Assembly (NCBI GenBank): GCA_045591525.1
Contig: JAZNTA010000191.1
Span: 31,461-95,460 of the forward strand
Reading direction: 5' to 3'
From: Acutalibacteraceae bacterium
GTDB lineage: Bacteria > Bacillota > Clostridia > Oscillospirales > Acutalibacteraceae
DNA: 64,000 nt
The notes under the pieces are model-generated. The model did not search any database. It saw only the letters and a list, made by a program, of their open reading frames with translations, and was not told where the DNA came from. Made by a program: the position numbers and the translations under genes. Below, one piece after another: positions 9,529 to 19,744 of this stretch (position 1 is the first letter of the stretch; each line of letters opens with the position of its first letter).

Positions 9529-10596
9529 ATGTTTTTTCAAACTTCATTTGATAGAAATGAGCAACAGGCCACAACTCAGTATTGTTCTATCGTGAAAGTT
9601 GTTGAGTTATCTGAAAATGCTTTTAATCTTTTGAAAAACAATACCATGAAAAATTTTGACTTCATTGCTGAACACGCAAATCTGATGCATAAGGACGAAA
9701 CAGGAACTAACAGATGTGTCCTCTATCTTCGTGAGAATTATGATGAAGGTATTATTGTAAATTCAGAAGGAACTGAGTTTGCTAAAAACTTTGCGTATCT
9801 TCCGAAAGCAAGAACTTTATACCTTACTGACGAGTCTTTTACTCTGCAACAGTTTATGAAGTCGATGTTACATATCAGAAATGATATCGTTGATAAAGCG
9901 GTAAAAGATCAGGATGATGGTGTATTTAAAATTGATTTGGATGAGATACATAAGTTCTATAAACCCGAAATCTTTTCTTCTACACTTCTTTATGAAATGC
10001 TTCGTGACAGAATTGAATTTGATACAGTAGAATTTGATGACGAAGAATTCGGTATGCGACTTTCTTCTGAATATGCTATGTTTGAAGATGAATCTGTATA
10101 CAGGGAATTGGAAAAAGAGGAAATCGACATAATGGTTGCAAAGCATGTGCTATGGCTTTATGACGAACCCGGTGGATTACAGGCAAACTTTTCAGGTTGT
10201 CTTGTTTCTAACTACGACTTTTCTGATAGGCCGTTAAACAGTTCTATTTTGAACAACGCAAAGTTCGTCAATTGCAATTTCACTAATGCTGAGTTGTGCT
10301 TCTCAATTGCTGACCACACTAAATTCGTCGATTGCAGTATGATTCGAATTACCGGTGAGGAAATGTCTTGCAGAAGTACAAAGTTTAAAGGTTGCAATCT
10401 CTTTATGGCAATGCTTACACATTCGAATTTTGCTGATGCGTTATTTTCACGAACTTCAGTTAGCAATGCTAATTTTACTAATTGTTGCATTGATAATACC
10501 GAGTGGATACATACCGATGAAAATGAGGCTAACCTGCGTAACATTAGTATGGATGAACAGGCTTGGTCAGATGAAGATATGAATATGACAATGTGA
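9529..10596 (+). CDS. pentapeptide-repeat protein
   Basis: C-terminal approx 150 aa of A(D/N)LxX-type repeats ('NAKFVNCNFTNAELCFSIADHTKFVDCSM...'). Confidence 0.7.
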   Translation: MFFQTSFDRNEQQATTQYCSIVKVVELSENAFNLLKNNTMKNFDFIAEHANLMHKDETGTNRCVLYLRENYDEGIIVNSEGTEFAKNFAYLPKARTLYLTDESFTLQQFMKSMLHIRNDIVDKAVKDQDDGVFKIDLDEIHKFYKPEIFSSTLLYEMLRDRIEFDTVEFDDEEFGMRLSSEYAMFEDESVYRELEKEEIDIMVAKHVLWLYDEPGGLQANFSGCLVSNYDFSDRPLNSSILNNAKFVNCNFTNAELCFSIADHTKFVDCSMIRITGEEMSCRSTKFKGCNLFMAMLTHSNFADALFSRTSVSNANFTNCCIDNTEWIHTDENEANLRNISMDEQAWSDEDMNMTM

Positions 10597-10606
10597 GGTG
10601 TTGCAT

Positions 10607-10813
10607 ATGAAAAAGGTTTCAATAAGCATTGAATATGATGAAACTAAAATGAAGGCTTTAAAATACTTCCTCGAACAAAAAAGTAATAAAAGTGTTTCAG
10701 AAAAATTGGTTGAAACATTAGATTCATTATATAAAAAGAATGTACCGTTAAATGTCAGAGATTACATTGAATCAAGTTCAGATAATTCTAATTCAAACAC
10801 GGGTAATAAATGA
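10607..10813 (+). CDS. small hypothetical protein
   Basis: GTGAGGTG RBS plus ATG 10607; 68 aa. Confidence 0.5.
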   Translation: MKKVSISIEYDETKMKALKYFLEQKSNKSVSEKLVETLDSLYKKNVPLNVRDYIESSSDNSNSNTGNK

Positions 10814-10972
10814 CACTTAAATGCTGTTTGTTGACGTTTGTTTGCCCTAAATTGACGAGTTGTACGAAAAATGGTTAAAGTACCCGAACACACAATAAAA
10901 AGCCGATAAAAACGGACGTTCAGGCTCTTGTGTATAACGAATTATTTCGTCCGATTTTTATTGCAGGAATAA

Positions 10973-11001
10973 GCACAGGGGTTGCAAAAGCATCCCTGTG
11001 C
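10973..11001 (+). promoter_or_regulatory. candidate oriT hairpin
   Basis: GC-rich inverted repeat GCACAGGGgttgc-aaaa-gcatCCCTGTGC in the 346-bp gap just upstream of the RHH and relaxase genes. Confidence 0.35.
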
Positions 11002-11162
11002 GATTACAGCAGACGGCGATGCCGACTGCATAAAGGGTTTCAAGGCTTTCAAAAAGTGGACTCCTATATTTTGCGATTTTCCTCCAATTATGAGAATTAG
11101 CCGATAAATCCCATTGTTTCAAGGATTTCATAAAGACTCCTATAAATTCTAAGAAGGAAGTG

Positions 11163-11579
11163 ATGCTTGTGGCAGTTGATCCAAACAAAAAGAAATTTCA
11201 TTTGTGGGCATATCCCGATGTGTTAAACAAGGTAAAAGAAATGTATCAAGATGATGGTTGCAAAAGCCAATCAGAGTTTATTGAGAAAGCAATAAGATTT
11301 TATTGCGGATATCTTTCGACACAAAATACTGATGAATATCTACCTGAATTAATTGATAATTCACTCAAAAGCAGAGTGCAAAATTTGGAAGATAAAATGT
11401 GTAATCAAATCTTTAAAAATACTGTAGAGTTATCAATGCTACTCCATGTCTTTTCTGCTTTGAACAACATATCAGAAGCTCAATTAGATGACCTTCGTGC
11501 TACTTGTGTCAAAGAGGTTCGCTCTCTAAATGGTTCAATTTCTTTTAAAAATGCATTAAGATATCAAAGACATAGGTAA
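11163..11579 (+). CDS. ribbon-helix-helix relaxosome accessory protein (MobC-like)
   Basis: Small protein immediately upstream of the relaxase; 'KKKFHLWAYPDVLNKVKE...SQSEFIEKAIRFY' RHH-like N-terminus. Confidence 0.55.
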   Translation: MLVAVDPNKKKFHLWAYPDVLNKVKEMYQDDGCKSQSEFIEKAIRFYCGYLSTQNTDEYLPELIDNSLKSRVQNLEDKMCNQIFKNTVELSMLLHVFSALNNISEAQLDDLRATCVKEVRSLNGSISFKNALRYQRHR

Positions 11580-11584
11580 ATTAT

Positions 11585-12961
11585 ATGGCAAGATTTGTCT
11601 TGAAATGGAGATATTTTAAATCATCTCCTAAAAGAAATTCTCAATATCTAAAGTACATTGCAACTCGAGATGGAGTAGAAAAGTGTGATGAAAGTTGGAG
11701 ATATCAGCCTGCAACAATTGAACAGAAAAGAATCATTGATAGTTTAATAAAGGACTTTCCAGATTCAATACACACACCAATGTATGAGGATTATTTATCA
11801 AACAAAACGAAAGAATTAGCTAGTGGATTCATTGATGATACGCTGGAAGAATACTTTGATTTAATAGATAAAAAAGAAAACTATATTGGGTATATTGCAA
11901 AGCGACCACGAGTTGAAAAGCAAGGAACACATGGTTTATTTTCACTTCATGATGAAGAAATAAACCTTGAAAGTGTTGCAAAAAATATTGCTAATCACGA
12001 TGGTTTAGTCTTTACTACAATAATGTCTTTGAAACGAAATGATGCTGAAGCCTTAGACTACGCTCGTTCAATAAGATGGAAAGAATTATTAAAAAGAAAC
12101 ACAATTGCTATAGCAAAATCTATGAACATTCCTCCCTCAGATTTAAGATGGTATGCAGCATTTCATAATGAAACATATCATCCACACATACATTTGGTTG
12201 CTTATTCTGTAGGTAGAGAACCATACATAACTGAGAAACGTTTAGATGATCTTAAAAGAACTTTTGCAAAAGATATTTTTTCTTCTGAGATGCACAATAT
12301 ATATGTTGAACAAACAGATAGACGAAATGAATTGCGAAAAGAAGCTAAAAACAAGATTGAAGAAGTGGTTTCTTTAATAAATGAAGGTCACTATTCTAAT
12401 CCCATTGTCGCAGACTTATTAAAACAATTAGCAAGCGAATTAGATAATTATTCAGGAAGAATGATGTATGGTTATCTTCCTAAAAAAGCGAAAAATCTAA
12501 TTGATGGCATAGTTGATGAGATGGCATCAGATGAGAAAATAAAAGAACTATATGAGCTTTGGTATGAAAAAAGGGAAATAATAGTTAAAATCTATCGTGA
12601 AGAAATGCCACCTCGTGTACCATTATCTTCGAACAAAGAATTTAAAAGTATTCGAAATGCAGTTCTGCAAGAAGCACTTAGACTCAAAGACATATCTGAA
12701 TATCCTTTTACAGATGAAAATGTAGAGAAGATATATTTACCCGAAAAAGCTAAAGTCCCAGCTATTCCTGCTTCATTTCAACCATCTAAAAAGTATCATT
12801 GGAAAACTGATATAGCACTTTCTTCTGCAAGATTATTTGCAAGGTTAACTCAAGCAATACAAGATAATTTCGAAGAAGATAATCAGACTGATCAGCAAGT
12901 TGACAAAAAGGTGCTTAAAAGGATTCAAGAAAAGAAACATGCACAGGGATTAAAAATGTAA
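11585..12961 (+). CDS. conjugative relaxase (MobL-like)
   Basis: N-terminal 'YLKYIATRDGVEK' and His-cluster 'HNETYHPHIHLV' typical of Firmicutes Mob relaxases. Confidence 0.75.
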   Translation: MARFVLKWRYFKSSPKRNSQYLKYIATRDGVEKCDESWRYQPATIEQKRIIDSLIKDFPDSIHTPMYEDYLSNKTKELASGFIDDTLEEYFDLIDKKENYIGYIAKRPRVEKQGTHGLFSLHDEEINLESVAKNIANHDGLVFTTIMSLKRNDAEALDYARSIRWKELLKRNTIAIAKSMNIPPSDLRWYAAFHNETYHPHIHLVAYSVGREPYITEKRLDDLKRTFAKDIFSSEMHNIYVEQTDRRNELRKEAKNKIEEVVSLINEGHYSNPIVADLLKQLASELDNYSGRMMYGYLPKKAKNLIDGIVDEMASDEKIKELYELWYEKREIIVKIYREEMPPRVPLSSNKEFKSIRNAVLQEALRLKDISEYPFTDENVEKIYLPEKAKVPAIPASFQPSKKYHWKTDIALSSARLFARLTQAIQDNFEEDNQTDQQVDKKVLKRIQEKKHAQGLKM

Positions 12962-13053
12962 GTTTTATTTTAGTTTGTATATTTGAAATTAGTGTGTGCA
13001 TAGTATATAATAGTGATAACTAAAAAACATTAAGGTTTATCACTCATACATTA

Positions 13054-13082
13054 TTGACACTATACTACTTTTGTGGTACAAT
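13054..13082 (+). promoter_or_regulatory. near-consensus sigma-A promoter
   Basis: TTGACA (13054-13059), 17-nt spacer, TGg-TACAAT extended -10 (13074-13082). Confidence 0.7.
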
Positions 13083-13088
13083 AATGAT

Positions 13089-13191
13089 GCAAAAGGGATA
13101 CGCAGTATCCGAAATGCATTGGCTTGGGTGTAAACTCTGGGGCCATCGCAGGCGGGGAGTATATTCCTCGCCATTTTTTATTTATAAAAGG
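13089..13191 (+). ncRNA. structured 5' leader of the DUF3800 gene (possible cis-regulatory RNA)
   Basis: GGATACgcaGTATCC hairpin, then GGCGGGGAGtatattCCTCGCC plus a T run immediately before the RBS. Confidence 0.4.
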
Positions 13192-13884
13192 ATGTTTATC
13201 TTGAAGGAACTAAGTATATTTATTGATGAGTCAGGCGATTTTGGAGATGCGGTAAATCAATCTCCTTTTTATATTGTGACACTTGTCTTTCACAATCAAG
13301 CTGACGACATCACTAACAATATAACGCGACTAAAGTCTTGGCTTGCTGAATGTGACATATAGGATGAATACGTACATACGCATCCTATTATCCGGAAAGA
13401 ATCCCCGTATAACAATTTGAATATTGATGAACGCAGAAGAATTTTAAATAAAATGTTGCGTTTTACTATCAGTTGTCCGATAAGATACTTCAATATCATT
13501 GTTAATAAACGAGAATGCAAAGATCGACATGCTTTATCGGCAAGTATATCTAAGCAACTATCGAGATTCATAGAAGATAACCAAGAATACTTCTTTTCGT
13601 TTGATAGGATCGTTGTATATTATGACAATGGTCAAAACGAATTGAGTTATATTCTTAATGTGATTATGCACGCTAAATTAACAGCTATTGAGTTTAAAAA
13701 TGCCTCTCCGAAGCAATATCAGTTGTTGCAATCTGCTGATTTTATTTGTTCAATAGAATTGCTCAAACAAAAAAGAGAAAGCAATTTACTCACAAAATCT
13801 GAAACTAACTTTTTCTACAAACCGCAAGAATTATATAAAAATTATATTAAGTCTGTAGAAAAAAAGAAATTCATAAAAAAATAA
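13192..13884 (+). pseudogene. DUF3800-family gene interrupted by one in-frame TAG (13360-13362)
   Basis: 'IFIDESGDFG' DUF3800 N-terminus; ORFs 13054-13362 and 13417-13884 are in the same frame, separated only by a TAG. Confidence 0.65.
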
Positions 13885-13897
13885 GTAGTTTTTATTA

Positions 13898-13937
13898 AAC
13901 AGGTTGATTGAATCTACAATCAACCTGTTATTTTTTT
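13898..13937 (+). terminator. intrinsic terminator
   Basis: 13-bp stem AACAGGTTGATTG/CAATCAACCTGTT plus a T7 run. Confidence 0.8.
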
Positions 13938-13953
13938 GAAAGAAGGTTCTACA

Positions 13954-14868
13954 ATGTCAAATTATATACACTTTTCTCCAGAACAAAAAGACAAAGCATA
14001 TCATATGGATATTGCAGAACTCTTACGTAAACAAGGTGAGAAGTTAAATCGGTGTGGGAATGAATATATATGGGAAAGTCCTACTGGAAAGGTATCTATT
14101 AGAAACAATGTTTGGTATCACCATTACGAGCAAGAAGGCGGTAATGTGGTTAGTTTTCTTCAAAAGTTTTTTAATAAAACATACAGTGAAGCAATGAAGT
14201 ATTTACTTAATGAAAATGGTACTGTTATATCATATTCCTCCCCTACTCAAAACCGAACGCAAGAATTAATAATGCCCCAAACAAACTCCAACATGAGAAG
14301 ACTATATGAATATCTTATGAAAGACAGAGGAATTAGTCGAGAAATAATTACTGCATTTGTTCATGCTAAAATGCTTCGAGAATCAGCAGATTATCATAAT
14401 GTATTGTTCATCGGATATGATTCCGATGGTGTTCCAAGACATATTCACAAACGAGGAACAGCTAAAGAAAGTGCCTATAAAAGAAATGTTACAGGTAGTG
14501 ATAACAAATTTAGTTTTCATTGGCATGGAACAGGAAAAGAAATTTATTTATTTGAAGCACCAATAGATATGCTTTCATTTATATCAATGCATCCCATTGA
14601 ATGGAGAAATAACAGCTATGCAGCGGCATGTTCTGTTGCAGATAATGTTTTGTTTCAATGTCTTGAAGATAATAAACATATTGAACATGTTTATATTTGT
14701 TTTGATAATGATAATGCAGGTCAAACAGCCGCACAAAGACTTTCGGATAAACTATTTATAAAAGGCATAAAATCAGAAATCCTCATTCCAACACTAAAAG
14801 ATTGGAATGAGGATTTATTATTTTCTAAACAGGAGGTTGATAAAAAGTGGATGGTCCAATTATCTTAA
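13954..14868 (+). CDS. DUF3991/Toprim-domain protein (TraC-like primase)
   Basis: Toprim-like 'ICFDNDNAGQTAA' and 'LFEAPIDMLS'; typical neighbour of VirD4 in Firmicutes ICEs. Confidence 0.65.
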   Translation: MSNYIHFSPEQKDKAYHMDIAELLRKQGEKLNRCGNEYIWESPTGKVSIRNNVWYHHYEQEGGNVVSFLQKFFNKTYSEAMKYLLNENGTVISYSSPTQNRTQELIMPQTNSNMRRLYEYLMKDRGISREIITAFVHAKMLRESADYHNVLFIGYDSDGVPRHIHKRGTAKESAYKRNVTGSDNKFSFHWHGTGKEIYLFEAPIDMLSFISMHPIEWRNNSYAAACSVADNVLFQCLEDNKHIEHVYICFDNDNAGQTAAQRLSDKLFIKGIKSEILIPTLKDWNEDLLFSKQEVDKKWMVQLS

Positions 14869-16724
14869 TTGTTGTGAGTGTAATAATGTTTGCTCTGATA
14901 GGTGGAATTACAATTGTTTCTCATATATACAATCTTAACAGCATCAAAAGTAAAACTGTTGGAGATGGTCAGCATGGTACGGCAAGATTTTTATCTAAAC
15001 TTGAGCAAAAGAAAGTGTATAAGCATGTTCCGTTTACTCCGGATTTATGGAGAAAAAACAAAAATAAAAATGAATTACCACAAGGGGTTATTGTTGGATG
15101 CAGGACAATAGGTGGTCATGATTATGCAATGGTTGATACTTCAGATGTACATACTATGATGATAGGCGCAGCCGGATGTGGTAAAACAGCATATTGGTTA
15201 TATCCAAACCTTGAGTATGCTTGTGCATCAGGAATGTCATTTTTAACTACAGATACAAAGGGTGATTTGTATAGAAATTACGGTAACATTTCAAAAGAAT
15301 ATTATGGTTACGATGTTGCCATAATAGACCTTCGAAATCCAACAAAATCGGATGGTAACAATTTGCTTCATCTTGTTAACAAATATATGGATTTATACAA
15401 GAATGAACCAAGCAATTTAACATATAAAGCTAAAGCCGAAAAATATGCAAAAATCATTGGTAAGACAATTATATTTAGCGAAGGAGATGCGGCTTCATTT
15501 GGTCAAAATGCGTTTTTCTATGATGCAGCAGAAGGCTTGCTTACCTCGTCAATCCTATTAGTTTCTGAATTTGCTCCACCCGAACAACGTCATATAGTTT
15601 CTGTATATAAACTTATTCAAGAGCTACTTGCTCCTGCACCTAATATGGGTAAAGGTAAAACTCAATTTCATAAAATCATGGAGAAGCTTCCACCCGAACA
15701 TAAAACCAAATGGTTTGCAGGTGCCGCACTTAACACAAGTGACCAGGCCATGCAGTCGGTTATGTCAACAGCTATGTCTCGTCTTAATGCGTTTCTGGAT
15801 TCAGAACTTGAACAAATACTCTGCTTCGATACTGCAATTGATGCTGAAAAGTTTTGTTCTAAAAAGAGTGCCATCTTTATTGTATTACCCGAAGAAAATC
15901 CAACAACATATTTTATGGTATCCCTTCTTTTGCAACAGTTATATCGTGAAATACTTATGGTTGCATATGAACAAGGTGGTGCATTAAAAGACAGAGTTAT
16001 GTTTTATATGGATGAGTTCGGTACTCTTCCTGCAATTAATTCTGCAGAAATGATGTACTCTGCTTCTCGTTCAAGACGTCTGTCATTAGTAAGTATTATT
16101 CAGTCATTTCAACAGCTTGAAAAGAACTATGGCAGAGAAGGTGCTGCTATTATTCAGGACAACTGTCAGATAACTATTGCTGGTGGTTTTGCTCCTACTT
16201 CTGAAACGGCAGATATAATATCCAAATCGCTTGGTTCAAGAACTGTAATGTCCGGTTCAGTGTCAAGAAGTAAAAACGATCCGTCTCAAAGTCTTCAGAT
16301 GATAGAAAGACCATTGATGACTGCTGATGAGCTTAAATCGATGGATAAGGGTAATTTTATCGTTATGAAAACAGGTACTCATCCCTTTATATCTAAACTG
16401 AAACTGTTCTTTAAATGGGGAATAAAGTTTGATACAGAACCATATGTACCTAAAGATAAAGGTTCAAGAACTGTTAAATATACAAGTCGAAAGATTATTG
16501 AAGATGCGATAAACGAGCTGTATCCATCCGAAGGAAAGATAAATGACAGGGAAGAAAAATTCCCTACAAATAAACCTTTTGGCACATCAGGTCAAGTATT
16601 AACTGAATATGAAGTTGAAGCAATACCTGAAGATGTTATGCAAGAACAGTCCGAATATATGGCTGAGCAAAAAGCACCACACACAGTCTTAAGAACTGAA
16701 AAAGGAGATATCAACAATGGATAA
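14847..16724 (+). CDS. virD4: VirD4/TraG-type IV coupling protein
   Basis: N-terminal TM, Walker A 'GAAGCGKTA', Walker B 'VMFYMDEFGTL'. Confidence 0.85.
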   Translation: MDGPIILIVVSVIMFALIGGITIVSHIYNLNSIKSKTVGDGQHGTARFLSKLEQKKVYKHVPFTPDLWRKNKNKNELPQGVIVGCRTIGGHDYAMVDTSDVHTMMIGAAGCGKTAYWLYPNLEYACASGMSFLTTDTKGDLYRNYGNISKEYYGYDVAIIDLRNPTKSDGNNLLHLVNKYMDLYKNEPSNLTYKAKAEKYAKIIGKTIIFSEGDAASFGQNAFFYDAAEGLLTSSILLVSEFAPPEQRHIVSVYKLIQELLAPAPNMGKGKTQFHKIMEKLPPEHKTKWFAGAALNTSDQAMQSVMSTAMSRLNAFLDSELEQILCFDTAIDAEKFCSKKSAIFIVLPEENPTTYFMVSLLLQQLYREILMVAYEQGGALKDRVMFYMDEFGTLPAINSAEMMYSASRSRRLSLVSIIQSFQQLEKNYGREGAAIIQDNCQITIAGGFAPTSETADIISKSLGSRTVMSGSVSRSKNDPSQSLQMIERPLMTADELKSMDKGNFIVMKTGTHPFISKLKLFFKWGIKFDTEPYVPKDKGSRTVKYTSRKIIEDAINELYPSEGKINDREEKFPTNKPFGTSGQVLTEYEVEAIPEDVMQEQSEYMAEQKAPHTVLRTEKGDINNG

Positions 16725-16974
16725 CTATAGAAGAAAAGTTTATGAGGTTGAGTTATCTTCACGTGCTAAGCTAGTATATTTATATCTTGTAGACAGAGCC
16801 GACCAGGAAAACAAGTGTTTTCCTGGTATTAGAACTATAGCAAGACATCTATCTCTTTCAGAAAGCACCGTCCGTAGAGCATTATCTGACTTAGAAAAAG
16901 AAAAGTTAATTCGTAAAGAAATACGAAAACGAGGCAACGGCTCTTTTTCAAGCAACACATATTATTTGTTGTAA
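16717..16974 (+). CDS. winged-helix DNA-binding protein
   Basis: 85 aa, 'IRTIARHLSLSESTVRRALSDLEKEKLI' wHTH. Confidence 0.6.
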   Translation: MDNYRRKVYEVELSSRAKLVYLYLVDRADQENKCFPGIRTIARHLSLSESTVRRALSDLEKEKLIRKEIRKRGNGSFSSNTYYLL

Positions 16975-16994
16975 AAAAGCCTCTAACAACTAAC

Positions 16995-17080
16995 AAGGGA
17001 CTACTGCGCCTATATGGTGACAGTAGTCCCTTTCAGTGTGGATGGGCTAATTAAGTATACAGTGAAGAAGATAATAACAG
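16995..17080 (+). repeat. 85-bp imperfect direct repeat, copy A (includes a bidirectional terminator hairpin at 17004-17031)
   Basis: Aligns with 27734-27818; perfect blocks CCTATATGGTGACAGTAGTCC and TAATTAAGTATACA. Confidence 0.8.
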
Positions 17081-17110
17081 AAGATGAATAACTAAAGATT
17101 TCAACAATAT

Positions 17111-18127
17111 TTATCTACTATTAGAATTTAGATACTCAAAAAGTTTGGTATCAATTTTATTATTGATCTTACAATTTGGATTGGCCAATGAATATGAGCG
17201 CAAAGAATTAATTAACTTAATTGAATCAAGAGAAGATATTCTAAAGTCTTTACTTAAAGTATTACAAATATATCCCTCTTCAAATGTATAATACTCTTCT
17301 TTCGAAAAAGCCGCTGTTAAACGTTGAAAGATTTTTTGCTTTAATTCTTTATCAAAAGGTAAATTATCTATAACACGTTTAAAGTCTTCCTCTTCAATTT
17401 CAATATACTTACTATTCATTTTTAAATTAGCAATCAAGATATCCTGCAATTCATCAGGAATTTTTTTTCTTGAAAGCACGAATTTTGACATAACAGGCAT
17501 TCTAATTAAATCTCCGCTAGAAACAGAAAGCATGGCCCCATGTAAGATTTCAGTTTTTACATTATTCCCGTTTATTACTGGATCATGAAATGAAAGATAT
17601 ACCATCTCCCCAAAATCAATATTCTTTAAAGTTATATATCCTATATCATAAGTTTTTGATAGAATCAGTTTTCCTATGTATTCTTTTCTTTCTTCTTCAC
17701 TAGTTATAATTGTTAACTTCACTTTAAAAAAAGAGTCGAACTCTATCGATAATTTTGCACTATGAATTTTGGAAGGTGAGCTTGATACCGTGGGATAAAA
17801 GTAGAAATTATAATCGTTATAAATGTATTTTTCGTATCGTTTATCAGAATAGTTATAATCAAATCCTTTGTTATATAATTCACTATCATTTAAACCTAAT
17901 AAACAATCTGATGAAACCCCCAGTGCTTTACATAAAGCGATCATAAAATTAATGTTTGGTAATCTTTGAATATAGATAGATAGATTATTACGTGTTATTT
18001 GATATCCAATATCTTCATTTAAAGTATTATGTAGTTTTTCAAGTGTTATGTTTTTCTGTTCCATAACACACAAAACTCTTTCGTAGAAATCATTGGGATC
18101 GATAAATTTTTTATTGTCCTCTATCAT
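17111..18127 (-). CDS. XRE-type HTH regulator with a large C-terminal domain
   Basis: N-terminal HTH 'ITRNNLSIYIQRLPNINFMIALCKALGVSSDCLLG'; start taken at MIEDNKK. Confidence 0.6.
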   Translation of the reverse strand: MIEDNKKFIDPNDFYERVLCVMEQKNITLEKLHNTLNEDIGYQITRNNLSIYIQRLPNINFMIALCKALGVSSDCLLGLNDSELYNKGFDYNYSDKRYEKYIYNDYNFYFYPTVSSSPSKIHSAKLSIEFDSFFKVKLTIITSEEERKEYIGKLILSKTYDIGYITLKNIDFGEMVYLSFHDPVINGNNVKTEILHGAMLSVSSGDLIRMPVMSKFVLSRKKIPDELQDILIANLKMNSKYIEIEEEDFKRVIDNLPFDKELKQKIFQRLTAAFSKEEYYTFEEGYICNTLSKDFRISSLDSIKLINSLRSYSLANPNCKINNKIDTKLFEYLNSNSR

Positions 18128-18269
18128 ATTGCACACACATCCTTCATATTTGATTATTTTAAATCTAATTAAATTGAATGTCAATTGTGAACATTTTACA
18201 GTATTATTTGGCGATATTTGTAAGTAACGCTGAAACGTGTGAAAATTGAAAAATTATGGTAAAAAAATG

Positions 18270-18297
18270 TTGACTTTTCCTTCGAAAAAGATATAAT
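18270..18297 (+). promoter_or_regulatory. sigma-A promoter
   Basis: TTGACT, 16 nt, TATAAT upstream of the 18345 gene. Confidence 0.6.
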
Positions 18298-18344
18298 CAA
18301 ATCGTATTCGATACAAAAAAATCTTTTTTGAAGGAGCGAGTAAA

Positions 18345-18929
18345 ATGACCCCTTGTTTTATTAGGATCTATCTCTACATGTCAAAAGAATTTTTTAAAAA
18401 TATAGAAGATGTAGATTTAGAGAGCATAATCAAACAAATTAGTTTTATTTGTGACAACGATTCAGGAGAATATGTGATAAACGGAAATCCTGCATTAAGA
18501 AAAACAAAAAAAATGATACAGGAAAAAGCTTTAGCGTTTTGTGACCGATTAGACGAAGAATTATCAGACGAGACTTTAGGCTCTTTCATCTCAATTCGTC
18601 AAATTAATAGTTTGATACGAGCGCTCAATGAAAGAAAAGGAAAAATTTCGGGATACGCATTTATAATTCTTCATACAATGTATTGTTGTATTGCTTCCCA
18701 AGAAGCAAACTGCGAGCACTTGTATTTTGAACTTTTAAAATGTGTTAATTCAATAAACATGGCTGTTGAAGCATATTATGCAGAATATTTCGATGATACT
18801 GTGGCACATTTCTTAATAGAATCATACGATGTTGTGAAAAGAGAAATTGAAAGCCAAGGAGCATACATTGCACATATTTCTGATTTCCCTCCGATTCCCA
18901 AGAGAAATATCGATGACGTTGAGGAATAA
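18345..18929 (+). CDS. hypothetical protein
   Basis: GAAGGAG RBS plus ATG; 194 aa. Confidence 0.55.
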   Translation: MTPCFIRIYLYMSKEFFKNIEDVDLESIIKQISFICDNDSGEYVINGNPALRKTKKMIQEKALAFCDRLDEELSDETLGSFISIRQINSLIRALNERKGKISGYAFIILHTMYCCIASQEANCEHLYFELLKCVNSINMAVEAYYAEYFDDTVAHFLIESYDVVKREIESQGAYIAHISDFPPIPKRNIDDVEE

Positions 18930-18983
18930 AGGTTGTTATTTATCGGTATGATATAAGTGAATGAATATAGAGAGGGAGAATAT

Positions 18984-19625
18984 ATGGAAAAAACTCGTGT
19001 GGAAAAAAATTTATATAATGCATTGGCACCCGTCGTTTCAAGTATTCTAACCAATATATTATATGATATTATTTCAACTTCACATTTTGAAAAAAAGATA
19101 GTAAACGAAAAAGAGTTATTTCTTGAAATTGAAAAATATACTACACAAACTCAATTGGCAATAGTTATAATAAGCTATTTTCTAATTTGGTTTTTAATTG
19201 CAATCCTTTTACCAAGAGGAGTATATTTAATTAATTCAGTTAGATACAAACATAAACATGTATATCGTACTAAAGAAATAATAAAACGTTACAATAGGAT
19301 TAAAGAGACCATAAAAAGCATTTTACCAATAATACAAACATATAATCAAGATGCAGATTATATTATGATTTATTCCGATGATTTGGCTAAATGTATTAAT
19401 GAAATGCATTTGTTATTTTGCGAAAGAAACAATTCAAAAAATGTTTTCAGAAAATCCTCTGTTGTTTCAAAAGGCCACTACATTTCTTCGTATGAATATA
19501 CTGCATTAATTAAGAGTATGCAAAAACTACTTTTAATTACAATGTCAGATACACAAAATGAGGCTTGCCAGCACGATTATAAAGAATTAAATAAAAAGAT
19601 TGATGCATTATTATCAATACAATAA
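18984..19625 (+). CDS. hypothetical membrane protein
   Basis: GAGGGAG RBS plus ATG 18984; TM helices around 'LAIVIISYFLIWFLIAILL'. Confidence 0.55.
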   Translation: MEKTRVEKNLYNALAPVVSSILTNILYDIISTSHFEKKIVNEKELFLEIEKYTTQTQLAIVIISYFLIWFLIAILLPRGVYLINSVRYKHKHVYRTKEIIKRYNRIKETIKSILPIIQTYNQDADYIMIYSDDLAKCINEMHLLFCERNNSKNVFRKSSVVSKGHYISSYEYTALIKSMQKLLLITMSDTQNEACQHDYKELNKKIDALLSIQ

Positions 19626-19650
19626 AACTATATAAAAAACTATCTTCAAC

Positions 19651-19688
19651 AAACTAGCACAACTTCGGTTATGCTAGTTTATATTTAT
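19651..19688 (+). terminator. intrinsic terminator
   Basis: AAACTAGCA...TGCTAGTTT stem followed by a T-rich tail. Confidence 0.55.
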
Positions 19689-19744
19689 CATCGACAAAAC
19701 AAAACTTATCCGTCATAATTACATAAAAAACGGAGGTTTTGTCA

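Noticed and set aside
13054-13191. N-terminal extension of the DUF3800 ORF back to 13054
   Set aside because: The extension overlaps a consensus promoter and leader hairpins. The family N-terminus (IFIDESG) begins right after the ATG at 13192.
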